In this document: positions 13,350-26,543 of the stretch, in pieces
Layout of the letters: every line of letters begins with the position of its first letter
How positions within the stretch are numbered: the stretch's first letter is position 1
NCBI GenBank assembly: GCA_964016885.1
Contig: OZ024740.1
Location: forward strand, 252,836,001 to 252,900,000
Length of the DNA stretch: 64,000 nucleotides
Direction of reading: 5' to 3'
Source: Eledone cirrhosa
Lineage: Eukaryota
The notes under the pieces: model-generated
The model's database searches: none
What the model was told of the DNA's origin: nothing
Seen by the model: only the letters and a program-made list of their open reading frames with translations
Made by a program: the position numbers and the translations under genes

Positions 13350-13685
13350 TGGCTTAGTGGTTAGAGCATTGAGCTTGCAATTGTGATGTTGTGGGTTCGA
13401 TTCACAAACTGGGTGATGCGTTGCATCCTTAAGGAAGACACTTTATTTCACGTTGCTCCAGCTTACTCAACTGTAGAAATGAATTGTGATGTCACTGGTG
13501 CCAAGCTGTATTTGCCTTAGCCAATACAGCTTGGACAACATCGGAGGCATAGAGAGGAGAGGCTGGTGTGCATGGGCGATTGCTGGTCTTCCACAAACAA
13601 CTTTGCCTGGATTTGCGCCTAGGAGGAGAGCTTTGTAGGTACAAATCCCATTGTCATTCATGACCGAAGGGGGTCTTTACCCCGT
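13350..13685 (+). mobile_element. CORE-type tRNA SINE with a different tail
   Basis: tggcttagtggttagagc…ggttcgattc…aagacactttatttcacgttgctccag. Related copies at 14128-14427 and 26635-26750. Confidence 0.8.
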
Positions 13686-15524
13686 TATATATATATATAA
13701 TATACTACACTTTACATTATATATGTATAGTACACTATGTATATAGTTAAATAGTTAAAAACATAGGCTGTCCCACATCATCAGGCTGGTGCTTATCCTC
13801 AGTTTCATTTTTCATCGCCATTAATCAACTGAGAGGATGCCAGTCCATTGCAGGGTTAACTCCCAATTATTGTTAGTACTCATTTTCAGCTGAGTATACT
13901 GGAGCAATGTGAAATGAAGTGTTTTGCTCAAGATAGTGAGTCTATGTGTGTGTGAATGTTTGTGTGTATGTGTTGTTCAAGGAGCCAAGTCCCTAGCAAT
14001 ATTGAAATAAATTACAATTATCAAGAATATAAAACGACCGCAGTTGAAAGGTATATACAAATACACATCTACCATTTAGCTGTCATTTTTTTACAGCAGG
14101 GGCCAGCTAGTGTATATATAATAATGTGAAGGCACATGGCTTAGTGGTTAGAGTGTCGGGCTTGCAACTGAGAGGTTGTTAGTTCGGTTCTCGAACCAGG
14201 TGATGCATTGTGTCCTTGAGCAAGACACTTTATTTCACGTTACTCCAGTTCACTCAGCTGAAGAAATGAGTTGTGACATCATTGGTACCAAACTGTATTG
14301 CCTTTCTCTTGGACAACATTGGTGGCATGGAGTGAGGAGGCTGGTATGCATGGGCGACTGCTGGTCTTCCACAAACAAACCTTGGAGGTGCAAAACCATG
14401 ATCATTAGTGAACGATGAGGGTCTTTAATATATATAATATACTATGAATACTACATTATATATCATCATCGTCATATAATGTCCATTTTCCCTGCTAACA
14501 TAGGCAGACAAAATCAGTACTTAACTAGAGCTGCTGACCTCTCAGATGTGCCAGAGCTGTATCTTACATACATTCCTGCCCTCTACAAAGTGCTCCATGT
14601 TTTTTTATCATGGCAGCCCTAGAGGCATCATCAAGTTTTTGACACAACTGAAGAGTTCTCTCAACCCTTTTTGGCATGGTTTCTACAGTTGGATGCATTT
14701 CCTGTCATGAACTACCTTACAAGGTGTACGGGATGCATTTTTCATGGTACCAGAACTAGAGAGATTTTCAGCCCTTTTTTGGCATGGTTTCTATTGTTGG
14801 AAGTCTTATCACACATCACTTTACACAGTACAATATAGTACACTGTAATCTATAATCTAAATTTTTATCTGTACTGACACAATTCAAAATTTAACCAAAC
14901 CTGTGAGTAACATATATAAACCCAAATTTATATATATAAACCTGTCTTATACATTACTACAACTACCACATTTAGTGCTGAACCTGGTATATGTCAGCGT
15001 TAAAATCATAAAGCATGGCTTGAATTGCACAGGTTTCCCTTCCTAGCTCAAGCCAGCAGGGCTGGACTGAGGGGACAGCAAAAGGTATGATAATTTTCCT
15101 GTTCTGCGAGGAATGCCAGAAATATCCACTGTTACAGGCTCTACCACAAACCTATCAAAATTTTGAGTGTAGTTAACAATATAATTAACTTTCTTGTTAA
15201 GTTGGTGTTTGAAACAAAAGGTTTCTTAAATTTATGATGGGATGTTTTTAGATAAATATAACCACTTTCATTATCATATTTCTCATGAAACAGCCTATTA
15301 TTTTTAAATAATTAAAAAAGAATAATCAAGAATTTGATTATCTAACAAACCTTTTCATTATAAAGCTGGTGTTTGGAACAAAGGTTTTGGAACAAAGGTG
15401 ATAGAAAATTTTTAGATACATATAATCACTTTAATATACAGTTTTGCATAGCAGCATAAGGGGCAGTTTCATGTGGTTTGGTGTCAAATGGGTTAATGAA
15501 ATTGAATAAAACTTTAAACTTTAC

Positions 15525-15720
15525 CTATTCAAAAGATTTTTGCACTGGCCATTGTTTTCACATGGATTGTTTTCACATTCATCAATATCTGTCGCACAAT
15601 TCTTTCCTGTGGTGCCATTGACACAGCTACAGGCATATAAGTTCACCCCATCTTCACAGGTTGCATTATTTTGACATGGGTTGCTAATACAATCGTTAAT
15701 GTTGGTTTCACAGTTGTCAC
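15525..15720 (-). CDS. EGF-repeat gene exon I
   Basis: atccag|GT GAC AAC TGT...AAT AG|gtaaag. Encodes [64 protein letters not shown]. Phase 1-2, 196 nt; read manually. Confidence 0.92.
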
Positions 15721-16631
15721 CTGGATCAGAGAAGACAAGAACTTTTATATTTCTATTCAGATAGATTCAATGGAAGTGTCACAACACCTTTATCCCAGAT
15801 ATCATAGAAAGCCACTTGACATAAGTGGTTAATTAGAAATAACTCTCTCTCAAATCAAATCTATCTATAAAACAAAAAGGATTCATTTGACAATATAGTC
15901 GTAAGTATACAAACAGACAGAATAATCAAATATGGAATGCCAGATCAAGACTGACCTTGGGCTAAACTACATCAAACAGGAACTTTGTACAACTTTTATA
16001 GTGTTACATTAAATTTAACCCTTTCATCAGCATATTTCTAATGAAAGACACTACCCATGTCTTTAATCCTTTCATTACCATATTTTTTTTTTATGAAAGA
16101 CACTGCCTATGTCATTAAATTTTAAAAATAATCAAGAATTAGCAGAGATTAAGTGAAATCACTTTCTCATTATTAGGCTTGTGTTTTGAGGACAATTAAA
16201 TAAAAGTTCTTACATAAAATTATGATGAAAGTATTTTGCTCAAGAACAGAACACACAGCCCAGTCCACTAATCAAACTCAAGATCTATTGATAATGTGTT
16301 CAACACTTCTCACCACTAGGCCACATGTTCTCACTCTACAATAAGATATTGATGAAATAAGTACCAGACTTAAAAATGATAAATACTCTAGTTGATATTA
16401 ACTAAATCCTTTTAAGTCACCATGGTCACCATCTGAAACAGTAAAAGAATACTGGGGTTGATATGATCAACTAAACTCCTTTAAGGGCAGTGTCCCAGTA
16501 TGATCACAGTAATGAATGAAACCAGTAAAAGAGTTCTGGGGTTGATATGATCAACTAAATCCCTTTAAGTCAGAATGGCCGCAATCTAATGACTAAAACC
16601 CGTAAAAAAATATAAAAATCAATAGAAATAC

Positions 16632-16754
16632 CTTCATAACCAAGTTGACATTTACATTCAAATTTTATTAAAGGTTTTGTTATACATGTTCCTCCATGTT
16701 GACAGCGATCTGTTGAAATGGTGCAGTAGTTAAAAGGTACTTCACAATTCCGAC
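16632..16754 (-). CDS. EGF-repeat gene exon H
   Basis: aatcag|GT CGG AAT TGT...GAA G|gtattt. Encodes RNCEVPFNYCTISTDRCQHGGTCITKPLIKFECKCQLGYE. Phase 1-1, 123 nt; read manually. Confidence 0.9.
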
Positions 16755-16879
16755 CTGATTAATAAAAAATTAATGAGAAAATACTTATTCACACAGAAAA
16801 ATGTTCTTTACCCTAAAATACAGTCCCCTATTATAGTGGGAACTTGTTCTTGTTGACATTTGTTATTGCTTTTTTTTTT

Positions 16880-17055
16880 ATTGTTTTGTATATTTATTAC
16901 AATTTCTATTATTGTTATTCCTACTATTTTCACTTCGGTGATGTCTCCTTTTCTTTACTTGATGTAAACCCCACTTAGTGCTGTGTTGTTTTTTCCTTGT
17001 ATTGTCCTCCAATGTCTTGGCCCCTTGTGGCCAATAAAAGAAATCACTATTATTA
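16880..17055 (+). mobile_element. 3' end fragment of the same L1/Tx1-like family
   Basis: ttgtattgtcctc…ccttgtggccaataaaagaaatcactattattag matches the reverse complement of 27556-27620. Confidence 0.6.
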
Positions 17056-17317
17056 GTCTTAAGAGTGTGTTGCAGTTTGCTTGAAACATTGTGTAAAGAA
17101 TAGAAAATAGTGTTTTATTAGAACTATCAAATTTTCTTCTTCTTCACCTAATTAGTTGGATCCTGTCTAAATTGAGAGATCACAGCTCCTATACTACAGG
17201 CATGTGTGTAGAATGTCTTGGGACAAAATAGCTAGCAAAACCAACCAGCAGGAGACCCAGGGATTTCCCAAAAGTTTCAATGTTTCATATAAACAACTAT
17301 TATTTATATAGGAATGG

Positions 17318-17502
17318 CGGTGGATTGGCAGTATCGGTAGAGGTTCGGACGCCATGCTTTGACGCATAGAGTTACGGCCCTTGCCATTCTGAGTTCAAAT
17401 CCCGCCGAGGTTAACTTTGCCTTTCATCCTTACGGGGTCGATAAAATAAAGTACCAGTAATGTACTGGGTAATTTTCTGGCCTTGTGCCAATAGTAGAAA
17501 CA
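17318..17502 (+). mobile_element. tRNA-derived SINE with 19-bp TSD
   Basis: B-box gagttcaaatcc; body gcctttcatccttacggggtcgataaaataaagtaccag. TSD attatttatataggaatgg at 17299-17317 and 17503-17521. Confidence 0.9.
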
Positions 17503-18149
17503 ATTATTTATATAGGAATGGACCTGTATCGGTTTTGACAATTGCCCCAATAAAAAGCACTCAGTCCACCCTGTAAGGAGGTAGTGTCAGAGTCATGATA
17601 AAATGCTACAGTGTACTGTGTAAAGTGGTTGGTATTAGGAAGAGCATCCAGCCATAGAAACCAAGCCAAAACAAAGCATATGAGCAGGAGCTACTCACCT
17701 GACTGTTCAGGCCTTAGCACGTGACAGCCATCTAATCCATGCCAACATGAAAAATAGACGTTAAATGATGATGATGAGCCAGCTCATAAGATTAACATGA
17801 AAGTGGTTGACCATTCCACAGACACGTATACCTTTAACATAATTCACAGGAAAATTCAGTGTGACATGGTGTCACAAGTCTAGACCTTTGAATTTACAGG
17901 TACAGTTCATCTGATGGGCTTCCATACAGTTTCTGTCAACCCAGTTTCACTCATAAAGCTTGAGTCAGGTAAATGACACTAGCGCAGGATGCTATGCAAT
18001 GGAATAAAACAGAGCATCTTATGATTGTGAAACAAAACACTTGACTCTTGTCGATATCTTTTTAGTTGCAGCTCATGGGTAAGTGGCAAATTTTCTCTCA
18101 TTTGTAAATAGTCATTAAGACTATCATCTCGTCCTTTGTCAATTTGTTA

Positions 18150-21100
18150 CTGTTCCTTGTGCACTAGAACCAGTGGTATTGATCTCAGTACTGAAACAAC
18201 ATATCTGTAGAGGTCGACTGATGAGATGGGAGTCTCTATTCCTTAATTTTCCTGTCTTTGCCCATATGCTTTATTATATATATATAAATTCCCAAATCGT
18301 CCCAGCCATCCATAAATTTCTCGTTTTACATGTAAAACATTTTTTTTCACAATTTGAAAATGTGCTGTATACATTATTACTGTTATTCGTTTTATTTTCC
18401 CCAACTTATATTTGTCTATTTACGAAATCAACCACATTGGACACCCCTCCCCCACCCCTCTCTTTCTCCAACTGTCTTTGAAATCATCCCAATCAATCTA
18501 TCATTTAGTCGGTAACCACCATCGAAATTCCCGCACACTCGCCTTGTCGAATGTATCAGCTTATTTCCCCCCTACTTGTATCAGCTTATTTCCCCCCGAA
18601 TCTTCAATGACGATACACGTCATGATGACTACCTATTTCACCATTCCCCCTCCCGCTTGCCACCACACACCACTATAGGCTTTTCGACCAATCAAACCAC
18701 AGCAACATATCCTCGCCCATTTCTCGTATCAACAAATTCTGCCATTACTACTACCGCCTTTTCTATCCCTGTCTCAAAGAAATTTCTGTTTATCATTATC
18801 TATGGATGAGCTGAGGATAAATGGAACAACCCCTAATAAATAAATGAATGAATATAACTCCGTAAGTTACCAAGCGCCCATGTGAAAATTTAATTCAGAG
18901 ACAGAAAGCATACACACTCTCCCGCAAAAGTTCACCCTCTCCCACCAGTGATGTCAAATACCCAAAACTGCGAGTTGGCACCATAAATGTGAGCACAATG
19001 AAAGGAAGAGCAGGAGAATTCGTAGAGATGTTAGAGCAAAAGGAAATTGATGTATGCTGTGTGCAAGAGACTGGATGGAGAAGATAGTCCGCTAGAGTCC
19101 TTGTAGGCAAAAATCAGTGCTACAAATTTTTCTGGGTGGGAAATGACAGGGTGAACGTGAGAATCATTAAACTCAGACTAGTCCTGAATAAAACAATTGC
19201 TACAATTATATCAGCTTATGCACCATAATGTGGGTTGCCAGACGAACATAAGGATAAGTTTTACGAGTCTTTAATGCACACTACTGCCCTAACAAACGAC
19301 ACTGACTTCCTAATCATTGTAGGAGACTTTAACAGAGACGTTGGGAAACACCATGATGGCTTCTATAGAGTTCATGGAGGCTACAGGTTTTGCACAAGAA
19401 GTGAAAAGCTTCTAGAATCCTGTCATGCCAATGACATGTCGATATGTAACATAAACTTCAAAAAACCCGACAACCATCTGATCACCTATAGATCAGGGGA
19501 GCATTCTAGTCAGATAGATTTTATCCTTATTAGAGGACGAGATAAATGGACAGTTATAAATACAAAAGCCTTCCTTGGTGAGGAATGTACCTCCCAAAAT
19601 AACTTAGTTGTCAGCGACCTCATCGTCAGAACGAGAGGAACTTGGAAGCAGAAGGCAACTTGGAAAAGAAACATCTGGAAGCTGAAAGACACCTCAGCCA
19701 GTAACAGATTTAAAAATATCTTACTCGACACCTATGATAGTAAAGAAGAACAGATAGAAACATTCAATATAAAAGAGCACTGTGAGTTCCTAAAAAATAA
19801 TTTACTAAAAGTGACAGATGAGGTTTGTGGTTGGAGCAAGACAACAGGGAGAAAGAGAGTGACCTGGTGGTGGAACAATAAGTGAGATGAGGCAATTAAG
19901 GCTAAGAGACAGGCATGGAAAAAATGGAAGAATGGTGGAGCAGGATACATTACATAGAGACCAGGAGAGAAACAAAAAAATGTACTCAGCTAGAAGGGAA
20001 GTGAAGGACAGAAAATGCAAGCATATTTTGCAGCGTGAGGACCAGAAACAGGAGGTGTTCAGGATTGTAAGGCAGTGTGTTAAAGAAAATTGTGATGTCA
20101 TGAGACAGAAGTGTGACAGGAACAATAAAGGTGAGCTTGCCCTCACAAGTGCCGAGAAAAAAGCTGCGTGGAAGAGCCATTATGAAAGATTACTGAATGA
20201 GGAGAATGCATGGGAGAAAAGGACCCTACACCAAGTGGATCCTATAGAGGGCCAGCAATAAAAGTCAGCAGTAGTGTAGTAAGTAAGGCAATTAAAGATA
20301 TGAAGACAGGGAAGGCAACCGATCCATCGGGTATAAGTGTTGGAATGCTGAAGGCATCTGGGTCGGAGGGTCACACCATAACCACATGTATTGTTAATCA
20401 AGAAATACTAGAGGGCATCATACCAAAGGATTGGTGCAGCAGCATCATTGTCAACTGCTACAAGGGTAAAGGAGATGCACTAGATAGAAGAAACTATAGA
20501 GGTATAAAGCTGATGGACCACGTCATGAAAGTAACAGAAAGAGTTATAGCACAGTTAATTATGGACCAGGTAAATCTAGATGAGATGCAGTTTGGGTTTG
20601 TGCCAGGCAAAAGTACCACCGATGCTCTCTTCCTTGTGAGACAGTTACAGGAAAAGTACCTAGCTAAAAGTAAGCCGCTCTACCTGGTTGATCTAGAAAA
20701 AGCCTTCGACAGAGTGTCCCGTGCTATAATCTGGTGGGCCCTTAGAAAACTAGGAGATGAATGGCTTGTAAAGGCTGTACAAGCCATATATAGGGGAACA
20801 GTCAGCAAAGTTAGGGTTAACAATGACTATAGCGAGGAATTTAGCATACAGGTTGGTGTCCACCAGGGCTTTGTTCTTAGCCCTCTCCAGTTTATTAAAG
20901 TACTGCAGGCTATAACAGAGGAGTTTAAGACCGGATGCCCATGGGACCTTCTGTACACGGATGATCTTACACTTATAGCTGAATCTATGGTGGAACTAAA
21001 GAAAAAATTCCAAACATGGACACAGGGACAACGACTAAGGTCCTCGTAAGTAGAGGGGAAAACAGAAACCAGATACCCTCAAAGAAATGGCCTTGCTCAG

Positions 21101-22190
21101 TATATAGGAAAGGTGTAGGTAGAAATTCCATCCTCTGCCCCAAATGCAAACTATGGGTGCACAAGAGAAGTAGTGCAATCTCAAGAAGTCTAGCTAAGAA
21201 TGTAGGCTTTACACGTTAGCAATTGTACTGGGACAGTAAGCAGCAAACAGCTACAGGAAACAAAAACTACAAAATTCTGGGAGGGCTCTGTAGAAACAGT
21301 AGACAGCTTCTGCTATCTAGAAGACCGAATAAGCAGCAGAGATGGGTGTTCTGAAAGTACAGTAACCAGGGTAAGAACAGGATGGAAGAAGTTCAGGGAG
21401 CTACTACCACTGCTAGCTACAAAAAGCTTTTCCCACAAAATGAAAGGTAGACTATATGATGTGTGCATATGAACAGCAATGTTACATAGTAGAGAGACCT
21501 GGGCATTGCGTGCAGAAGGCTTGCGTAGATTAGAAAGAAACAAAACTTGCATGCTCCGATGGATGTGTAATAGTAATATATGCGAAGGGCAAAGCATAAA
21601 CGAATTAAGAGAGAGACTAAGCAGAAGAGGAATCAAATATGTACAGGAGAGGAAATTGCGTTGGTATGGACATGTGATGCATATGAAGGATGACAGCTGC
21701 ATAAAAAGGTGCAGGGCACTAAAAGTCAATGGAAGCCTTGGAGTGGGGAGACCAAAGAAGACCTGGAATGAAGTGATAAAAACTGACCTTGCCCAATTGC
21801 ACCTCTTAAAGGCGATGACACAGGACAGAGACCTCTAGCGTTACTCAGTAATACAGAAGACCTGATTTCCCACAGGTACAAGCCGAAGCTGAAGCATATA
21901 GACAATATGCCTCCGCACCCCTCCCGCTGTAAAGTGGTCGTGTAGGTGTCATGACAAAAAGCACCCAGTCCACACTGTAAAGTCGTTTTGCAGGCTCCTC
22001 GGTAAAAAAGCACACAGTACTCACTGTAAATGAGGTTGGTGTTAGGAAAGGCATCTAGCTGTAGAAACCGAGCCAAAATTAGTCCTGCATGAGCAAGACA
22101 TGGACATCTGACCTGGCATTGCCCACAACAGGACAACCCGTCTAACCCATGCTAGTGTGGAGACATAAAAAGGTGATGATGATGAGGATG
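18150..22190 (+). mobile_element. Near full-length degenerate RTE LINE (same PHD family)
   Basis: Frameshifted ORF pieces at 19235-21838 match the intact ORF. 5' UTR homology (caccacacaccactatag…cgaccaatcaaacc at 18661-18698). 3' (GAT)n tail. The 5' boundary is approximate. Confidence 0.9.
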
Positions 22191-23139
22191 ATATATATAT
22201 ATATATATATCATCCTCACCTTTTTATGTCAATGTCTCCACACATATATATTTATATCATCCTCATCATCATCTTTTTATGTCAAGGTCTCCTCAAATTT
22301 TTCCTAGAGTGCTTAAAATTATTTGTGACTAATCCCGGTCTTTTTTTTTTTTAAACCGCGATAATATTGCTCTATGCTGAACTCCATACATTTTTATTAA
22401 GTTTTTTTCGGAATGTTTTGACTGCTGTTTCTTGTAAATAGACATTCATCTCACTCTGACGTCACTAGCTATGTTCTCCATGTGTTTATTTTCATAATTC
22501 CACACAAGGTGCTCTAGCCTCCTTTTAAATTCCCTTTCTGGCATATTTTAGCAGTAGATTTTGGTTATCGTGTTTTGATAACGACTCCAACTGTGACTAA
22601 TCCCACTGATAAGTTTCGTGAAATAGTCTTTTTAAGACTATATAGAGCATTTGTAGTTTTTCTAAATTGAAGGATGAGTATTTAACCTTAATTTTATTCT
22701 GAGTTAAGACACTATTGGTTTTTTCCCTGGATTTCACAAAATCTGTGGATAAAATTTCTGTCTTGACTTTTTTTTTTTTTAATTGAGTTTGAATTATTTT
22801 CCCATATCTTACGTTAAATATTTTCCACTTATATATTATGAAATACTGTTGGCTTCTTGCTCACATTAATTTCTCTATTTTCATTTATATATGTATATAT
22901 ATATACATATTGTTATACTTTGGGAGGGTCATGCTGCCAATAAAAACACATGCACCTGTTGGTTTTATTGGCAGCATGACCCTCCCAAAGTATAACAATA
23001 TTTATTTCAACACACATTTTCAGATAAGAAATCTTGCAAAACAAATTCAAGAACGAAAATATATATATATATATATATATATATTATTCCACAATGCTTC
23101 AAGCAAACTTCAATACTCTCTTATATATATATATATATA

Positions 23140-23920
23140 TCATCACCATCATCATTTTACGTCCGCTTTTCCCTGCTTGCAAGGGTGGGACGGGTCTTAT
23201 TCAGCACAGCATCTCTCCACTAGTCACGGTCCTTCGTCATCTCCACCGTGAGCTTCAGCGATCTGAGGTCTGTTCGCACCTCCTCCGCCCATATTTTTCG
23301 TGGTCTACCTCTACCACGTCTTCCTTCAACTGGCATTTCATGGCACTTCTTCACCCATCCGTCATCCTCCATGCGCATCACATGTCCATACCACCGCAGT
23401 CTCCTCTCTCGCACACTACATTCTATCCCTCTCAGACACAGTTTCTCTCTCATCTCTCTCAACACATCCATGCTGGGTCGTTCATGCACATTGACACTGC
23501 ACATCCAACGGAGCCTGCTTGCCTCATTTCTCTCCATCCGTTGCATATCCTCTGCAGTTGCTGCCAAAGTCTCACTACCATGCAGCATCGCGCTCCTCAA
23601 ACAGGCATTATATAACCGGCTTTTCGTACGCAGGGAGCAACCCTTCTTTGTCAGCAGAGGAAGTAGCTCCCTAAACTTCTTCCAATCCGTCCTTATTCTA
23701 GATACTATGGCCTCGGAACACCCCCTCACCCATGCTAATCTGATCTAGGTACTGGAAGTTATCCAACACTTCTATAGCACCCGCTTGCATTTGCAAAATG
23801 TGTCTATCAATGCGACTTCTACTGTCTAATTTCCCTGTACATCTACTGCATACATATTTCTCCCTACCAGTTAGTTTGCCTGCTATCCCACTACATCTCT
23901 TGTGTACCCAGGATCTGCAT

Positions 23921-23952
<32 letters not shown>

Positions 23953-24250
23953 ACACACTATGTGTAACACAGGCATCATATAACCGACCTTTCGTTCATC
24001 GGGAGAAACCCTTCATTATCAACAGAGGAAGCAGCTTCCTAAACTTCTTCCATCCTGTCATTCTAGATACTATGGCCTCAGAGCATCCTCCTCCTCCCTT
24101 GCTAATCTGATCACCTAGGTAACGGAAGCTATCAACCACCTCTATAGATCCGACCTGCTTTTGAAAAATGTGCCTATCACTGACACCTCTACTATCAATT
24201 TTCCGTGAACATCTAGTACATATGAATTTTTTCCTTCCTGTTAGTTTGCC
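23140..24250 (-). mobile_element. Two tandem 3' fragments of a related RTE subfamily
   Basis: ORF 23220-23729 (WKKFRELLPLL…RRLRWYGHV…GRPRKIW). PHD remnant [15 protein letters not shown] second fragment lies at ~23960-24250. Confidence 0.85.
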
Positions 24251-24304
24251 GTTGTGTACATTCTATATTTCCAATAAATTTATTTTAAAATGTTACTAAC
24301 TTAC

Positions 24305-24628
24305 CGTTAAAATAAATGCCGTCGTCTCTTCCAGAATTGTCACAGCTGCAAGTATAACTACCAGATCTTTTAATACAAGTGCCACCATTCAGACAGACAC
24401 CATCAGTTTGGTCAGGAAATTGATAATCACATTCATTAATCTCATTCTCACAGTTGGTGCCATTGTAGCCTGTAGGAAATGTTAAGGTTGCATTCGAATC
24501 AATCGTGTCTATCTTAAAGACACACTTGCATGAATAGCTTCCAATACTATTTATACATGTTCCTCCATGTTGACAAGGTGACTGCTTGCATTCATCAATG
24601 TCTTCTAAACAGTTCTTTCCTTCCATTC
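24305..24628 (-). CDS. EGF-repeat gene exon G
   Basis: ttccag|GA ATG GAA...AAC G|gtaagt. Encodes MEGKNCLEDIDECKQSPCQHGGTC...DDGIYFN. Two EGF repeats with expanded loops, phase 1-1, 324 nt. Confidence 0.92.
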
Positions 24629-26204
24629 CTGGAAATTAACAACATTTTTAGATTTGGATTTGATATTTTTAATTAATTTATTTTTGAAATTGGAAATTCA
24701 ACAATCACCTTAGAGTTGGTGTCATGATAAAAAGCACCCAACCTATTCTGTAAATTGGTAGAGAGGATGTCACAATAAAATGCACCCAGTACACACTGTA
24801 AAGTGGTTAGCAATAGGAAGGGCATACAGTTGTAGAAACCATGTCAAAATGGAGCTTATGAGCAAGACGTCATCTGACTTGTCTAGTTTCAGAATGTAAC
24901 AACCCATCAAACTCATGCCAACATGGAAAACAGGTGTAAAAGGGTTGTAGTGATGATGATGATTAATTAAAATGAAAAAAGATGTTAATTACAGTGAAAA
25001 GGTTATTTTCCTGAAACTATGCCTAATTTTATATATGAACATTTGTTAAGCTTAATAATGGTTTCTGATTTAGACACAAGGACAAATTTTAGGGAGAGAA
25101 CAGTTGATTAAATCGGCCCAGGGTATTATTGGTACTTTATTTTATCAACTCCATAAGGATGAAAGGCAAAGTTAACCTTGGCAAGATTTGAACTCAAAAC
25201 GTAAAGGGCTGTAGCTCCATGCCACAAAGCATATTGTTCGCCACTCTACCGATACTGCCAATCCACTGTCCCACACCAGCTTAATAATGAGAAGTTGGTT
25301 ATATTACTAAATACTTCCACATTCTTGAGTATTTTCAAAATGATTTTAAAATCCTAGGCAGTATCTTTCATTATAAATATTGTAGCAAAGTGGTTAACTC
25401 CACTTTCTGTAAGATACGAGAGATAAATCCACCAGGATGGGAAATAATGCAAACAACTCTTTCAAACAATATAGAATTAACATCTATTTCAGAAATATTT
25501 ATTTTAGTATTTCATGTGTCAATGATTTTGTTGCCAAGAGGTGTCTTCAGTTGTAGTAACAGTACAACAATTTCCCTTCTGTTGGTAATCTAAGACAAAC
25601 ATACTCAGTACTACACACTGTAGAGTGGTTGGAAAGTCACCCAACCATACAAAACCTGCCAAACAAAGAGTCAGAAGCATTCTTCAGTGTATCAAAGACA
25701 TGAAAAGCCCCTATAATAATATATACTCAGCAGAGTTCAGGAACATATGTATGTGAGATGTAGACCCCAGCTCAACTGAGAAGTCAGTAGCAACACTTCA
25801 GGACTAATTCAGTTTAAGAAGCCCAGTTCAACCCTTGCTAGTAGAGAAGATGGACATTAATTGATGTGGATGATTTCTAATGAAAGGATACTGACTAAGA
25901 TTTTCAAATTATTTTGAAAATAATCACGAATTTGGTGGGATTTAGCAACATAAATTTATTTCTCATCGTGAAGCTGGTGTCAAGACAATAACTTAAATGT
26001 CCTTACTCAGAGTTATAATGGAAAGTTTTAGATAAATAGAAACACTCTAAACAGTTCTGCATCATAGAACCACGGGTGGTTACAGGCAGTTTTGTAAAAA
26101 AGGGTTAAAAGAAATTATAAACACCTAATGCTACTAGATTTACTTTAACATTGTCATGATAAAAAAAAAAGTTGTGAAAGAAAATATTTCAAAGATTTAC
26201 AAAC

Positions 26205-26543
26205 CTATTGGACAAGCACAATTATAAGAATTTACTTCATCAAAGCAAACTGAACCATTTTCACATGTGACATTTTTACAATCATCAATATTGTTTTCAC
26301 AGTTATCTCCATCGAAGCCTGACACACACAAACAGTTATAGTCATGGTTCCACTTCACCGAAGAACAATTGCCATTGTTTTGACAAGGTTTAAATGAACA
26401 TGCATCATATTCTTCATTGCAATTCTTGCCCATCCATTCTAATGAGCAGTTACATTTATAATCATTCACTAAATCTATGCAGCTGCCATTGTTTTGGCAA
26501 GGGTTCTTCTCACAGTCATTAATATCAATACTGCAGTTTTTTC
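26205..26543 (-). CDS. EGF-repeat gene exon F
   Basis: ttttag|GA AAA AAC TGC...ATA G|gtttgt. Encodes KNCSIDINDCEKNPCQNNGSCIDLVNDYKC...YNCACPI. Three EGF repeats, phase 1-1, 339 nt. Confidence 0.92.

Noticed and set aside
13350-13420. tRNA gene
   Set aside because: The A/B boxes belong to a SINE head followed by a CORE-like body. No complete cloverleaf acceptor stem.
22395-22470. GAAAC-AGCA-GTC half-hammerhead on the minus strand
   Set aside because: No matching CUGANGA core or stem I partner could be found.
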